DNA from: an uncultured Solirubrobacteraceae bacterium
GTDB taxonomy: Bacteria; Actinomycetota; Thermoleophilia; Solirubrobacterales; Solirubrobacteraceae
Reading direction: 5' to 3'
Assembly: GCA_963735435.1 (NCBI GenBank)
Contig: CAVTKR010000005.1
Span: 674,319-738,318 of the forward strand
DNA length: 64,000 nucleotides
Part shown: positions 61,976 to 64,000 of the stretch, in pieces
Position numbering within the stretch: position 1 is the stretch's first letter
How the letters are laid out: each line of letters begins with the position of its first letter
Notes under the pieces: generated by a model
Told to the model about the DNA's origin: nothing
Seen by the model: only the letters and a program-made list of their open reading frames with translations
Database searches by the model: none
Translations under genes and position numbers: made by a program

Positions 61976-63274
61976 ATGAGCGTCCCGCAGAGCAGCGCCG
62001 AGGTGGCGGTCGTCGGGTTGGGCCGGGTCGGGTTGCCGCTGGCCCTTTCGTTGGCCGATCGCGGCCTCGGTGTGATCGGGGTGGACAACGACCCCCGGCG
62101 CCTCGAGGACGTACGCGAGGGTCGGATGCCCTTCGAGGAGACGGGCGCCCAGGAGCTGCTCGACAGGGTCCACGCGTCGGGGCGGCTGTCCGTCAGCTCA
62201 TCTGTCGCAGAGGCGGCACACGCCCGCCAGATCGTCATCACCCTGGGCACCCCGTCCTTCTCTCATATAGAGATTGATATGAGGGATATTCGCTCAGCGC
62301 TGGACGACCTCCTTGGCGTCCTGGAACCGGGCCATTCGCTGATCCTGCGCTCGACGATCGCGCCCGGCACGACCGAGTTCGTGTCGGGCTACCTGCGCAA
62401 GCACCGCGGCTTTCAGATCGGCGAGGAGGTGTTCGTCTCGCACGCGCCGGAGCGGATCGCCGCGGGCCGCTTCCTCGCCGAGATCGACACCCTGCCCTGC
62501 ATCATCGGCGGCGTCGGCCCGCGCTCGGGGGAGGTGGCGGCCGAGCTGTTCGGCGTCTTCGACGCGCCGATCGTGCAGACCACGCCGGTCCAGGCGGAGC
62601 TCGCGAAGATCTGGGCGAACATCCTGCGCTACACCAACTTCGCGCTGCCGAATCTGCTGATGATGGACTGCGAGCGCACGGGCGCGAACGTCTTCGAGGT
62701 GATCGACCTGATCAACCGCGACTACCCGCGCGGCGGCATCGCGCAGCCCGGCCTCACCGCCGGGACGTGTCTGCGCAAGGACTTCACCTTCTCTGAGGAG
62801 CGCTCCGCTGCGCCCGGGATGCTGCTCGCCGTCTCGCGCGTCAACGAGTCGGTGCCGCTGTTCCTCGTCGAAGGCCTCAAGCGCCGGCTCGGCTCGCTCT
62901 CCGACCGCCGCGTCGCGGTGCTCGGGCTCGCCTTCAAGGCGGACACAGACGACGAGCGCGACTCGCTCGCCCACAAGCTCGTCAGGCTGCTGGAACGGGA
63001 GCTGGCCGACATCGTGGTGCACGACCCGCACGTCGCAACGCCGACGGCTCCGCTGCTCCAGGCACTGGCCGGCGCCGATGCCGTGGTCGTGGCCGCCAAC
63101 CACTCAGACTTCCGCGACCCGGCGACCCTCGCCGCGGTTGCCGAGCTGGCGGGTCCGAACTGCGTGGTCGTCGACCCGTGGGACTGCTGGGGCGCCGCCC
63201 AGGTCTTCGGGTACGCGGCAGAGCTCCTCGCGCTCGCCGGAGCCGCGCAGGTGCCGGAGGTCCCGCCGCGATGA
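61976..63274 (+). CDS. Nucleotide-sugar dehydrogenase (UDP-glucose/GDP-mannose dehydrogenase family)
   Basis: Rossmann motif VAVVGLGRVGLPLA and catalytic Cys motif AGTCLRKD (compare GGSCFPKD). ATG 61976. Confidence 0.85.
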   Translation: MSVPQSSAEVAVVGLGRVGLPLALSLADRGLGVIGVDNDPRRLEDVREGRMPFEETGAQELLDRVHASGRLSVSSSVAEAAHARQIVITLGTPSFSHIEIDMRDIRSALDDLLGVLEPGHSLILRSTIAPGTTEFVSGYLRKHRGFQIGEEVFVSHAPERIAAGRFLAEIDTLPCIIGGVGPRSGEVAAELFGVFDAPIVQTTPVQAELAKIWANILRYTNFALPNLLMMDCERTGANVFEVIDLINRDYPRGGIAQPGLTAGTCLRKDFTFSEERSAAPGMLLAVSRVNESVPLFLVEGLKRRLGSLSDRRVAVLGLAFKADTDDERDSLAHKLVRLLERELADIVVHDPHVATPTAPLLQALAGADAVVVAANHSDFRDPATLAAVAELAGPNCVVVDPWDCWGAAQVFGYAAELLALAGAAQVPEVPPR

Positions 63275-64000
63275 GCCGGGTGCTCGTCACGGGCGGTGCC
63301 GGCACGATCGGCGCCGCCGTGGTCCGGCGGCTGCTCTCGGACCCAACCTATGAGGTGCGTGTCTCCGACCAGCGCCTCGCGCCGCAGTGGATGCGCGAGG
63401 GCTGCGAGGTCCACACCGGCGACCTGCGCGAGCTGGGGCAGGCCCGCGAGGCGACCCGCGGCTGTGAGCAGGTGATTCACCTCGCGGCGATCGTCGGCGG
63501 GATCGCGAACTTCCACAAGCTGCCGCACACGCTCACGGAGGTGAACAACGCGCTCTACAACGCGGTCGTGCGCGCGGCCCTCGACGAGCAGGTGGGGCGC
63601 TTCGTGTACGTCTCCTCCTCGATGGTGTTCGAGCGCGCCGAGCAGTACCCGACCACCGAGGCATACCTGCCCGACTGCCCGGTGCCGGAGTCGGCCTACG
63701 GCTTCTCGAAGCTGACGGGCGAGGTGTACTGCCGCGCCGCGCACGACGAGCACGGCCTGCCCTTCACGATCTGCCGCCCTTTCAACGCCTACGGACCCGG
63801 CGAGGTGCCGGACGCCGAGCCCGGCATCGCGCACGCCGTCCCGGACCTGATCGAGAAGGTCCTGAACGGCCAGCACCCGTTGCAGATCTTCGGCTCCGGC
63901 GAGCAGACGCGCACGCTCACCCACGTCGATGACATCGCGGACGGGATCGTCACCGCGATGGGCTCACCCGCCGGCCTGAACGAGGACTTCAACATCTCGG
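63271..64000 (+). CDS. NAD-dependent epimerase/dehydratase (extended SDR), 3' end beyond the window
   Basis: Not in the ORF track because there is no stop in the window. ATGA overlap at 63271-63274. Hand translation gives MSRVLVTGGAGTIGAAVVRRL...VYVSSSMVFE...ESAYGFSKLTGE (YxxxK)...FNAYGPGE. Confidence 0.85.
   Translation, partial: MSRVLVTGGAGTIGAAVVRRLLSDPTYEVRVSDQRLAPQWMREGCEVHTGDLRELGQAREATRGCEQVIHLAAIVGGIANFHKLPHTLTEVNNALYNAVVRAALDEQVGRFVYVSSSMVFERAEQYPTTEAYLPDCPVPESAYGFSKLTGEVYCRAAHDEHGLPFTICRPFNAYGPGEVPDAEPGIAHAVPDLIEKVLNGQHPLQIFGSGEQTRTLTHVDDIADGIVTAMGSPAGLNEDFNIS

Noticed and set aside
61079-62173. N-terminal 365 codons of the 721-aa minus-strand ORF
   Set aside because: Only the C-terminal 356 aa match CDP-glucose 4,6-dehydratase. 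The upstream part is antisense to the GT26 and dehydrogenase genes and is Arg/Pro-rich.

Overview
This is a very GC-rich bacterial chromosome segment (above 70% G+C by eye, not computed). Codon position 3 is strongly G/C-biased, so nearly every antisense frame carries long spurious Arg/Ala/Pro-rich ORFs. The gene content looks Actinomycetota-like, possibly Thermoleophilia-type, but that cannot be verified here. I support about 55 genes and one tRNA.

Left part, 1-18.3 kb:
- a GT39-like glycosyltransferase fragment and an ABC-2 exporter pair
- two tandem S51 peptidases, an aldose epimerase and a SnoaL-like protein
- a membrane HD-GYP protein
- a four-gene minus-strand operon of surface proteins, including a 1061-aa protein with eight Ig-like repeats plus PKD and a smaller paralogue
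- a small FN3-like protein, tRNA-Ser(CGA), tadA, an S8 protease and lhgO

From 18.4 kb to the right edge lies one very large, mosaic cell-envelope glycan locus of the Wzx/Wzy type:
- machinery: a priming phosphoglycosyl transferase, a flippase, two Wzy/O-antigen-ligase-like proteins, a fused BY-kinase and a CpsB-type phosphatase
- transferases: at least 8 glycosyltransferases
- sugar-nucleotide enzymes: two DegT aminotransferases, four SDR epimerase/dehydratases, a CDP-glucose 4,6-dehydratase, an NDP-sugar dehydrogenase and a nucleotidyltransferase
- modifying enzymes: two methyltransferases, a DUF2334 deacetylase-like protein, an ATP-grasp ligase, a FemAB/CelD-like GNAT and a clan-A glycoside hydrolase

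The most unusual content sits inside this locus at 42.8-48.7 kb. It is a tandem pair of secreted multidomain proteins whose N-terminal domains match the animal lysyl oxidase catalytic domain motif by motif, including the HxHxH copper site and the Lys and Tyr that form the LTQ cofactor. The larger paralogue carries perfect 240-bp tandem repeats, a duplicated module of unknown function, and a single-base frame break.

Other notable items are an ECF sigma factor fused to a ZAS anti-sigma motif and a TM segment, a TetR-controlled R2-like diiron protein fused to SCP2, and an AT-rich rare-codon patch inside a dehydrogenase gene. I recognised no rRNA, CRISPR array, transposase, integrase or phage gene.

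All coordinates and start choices were worked out by hand and are approximate where stated.
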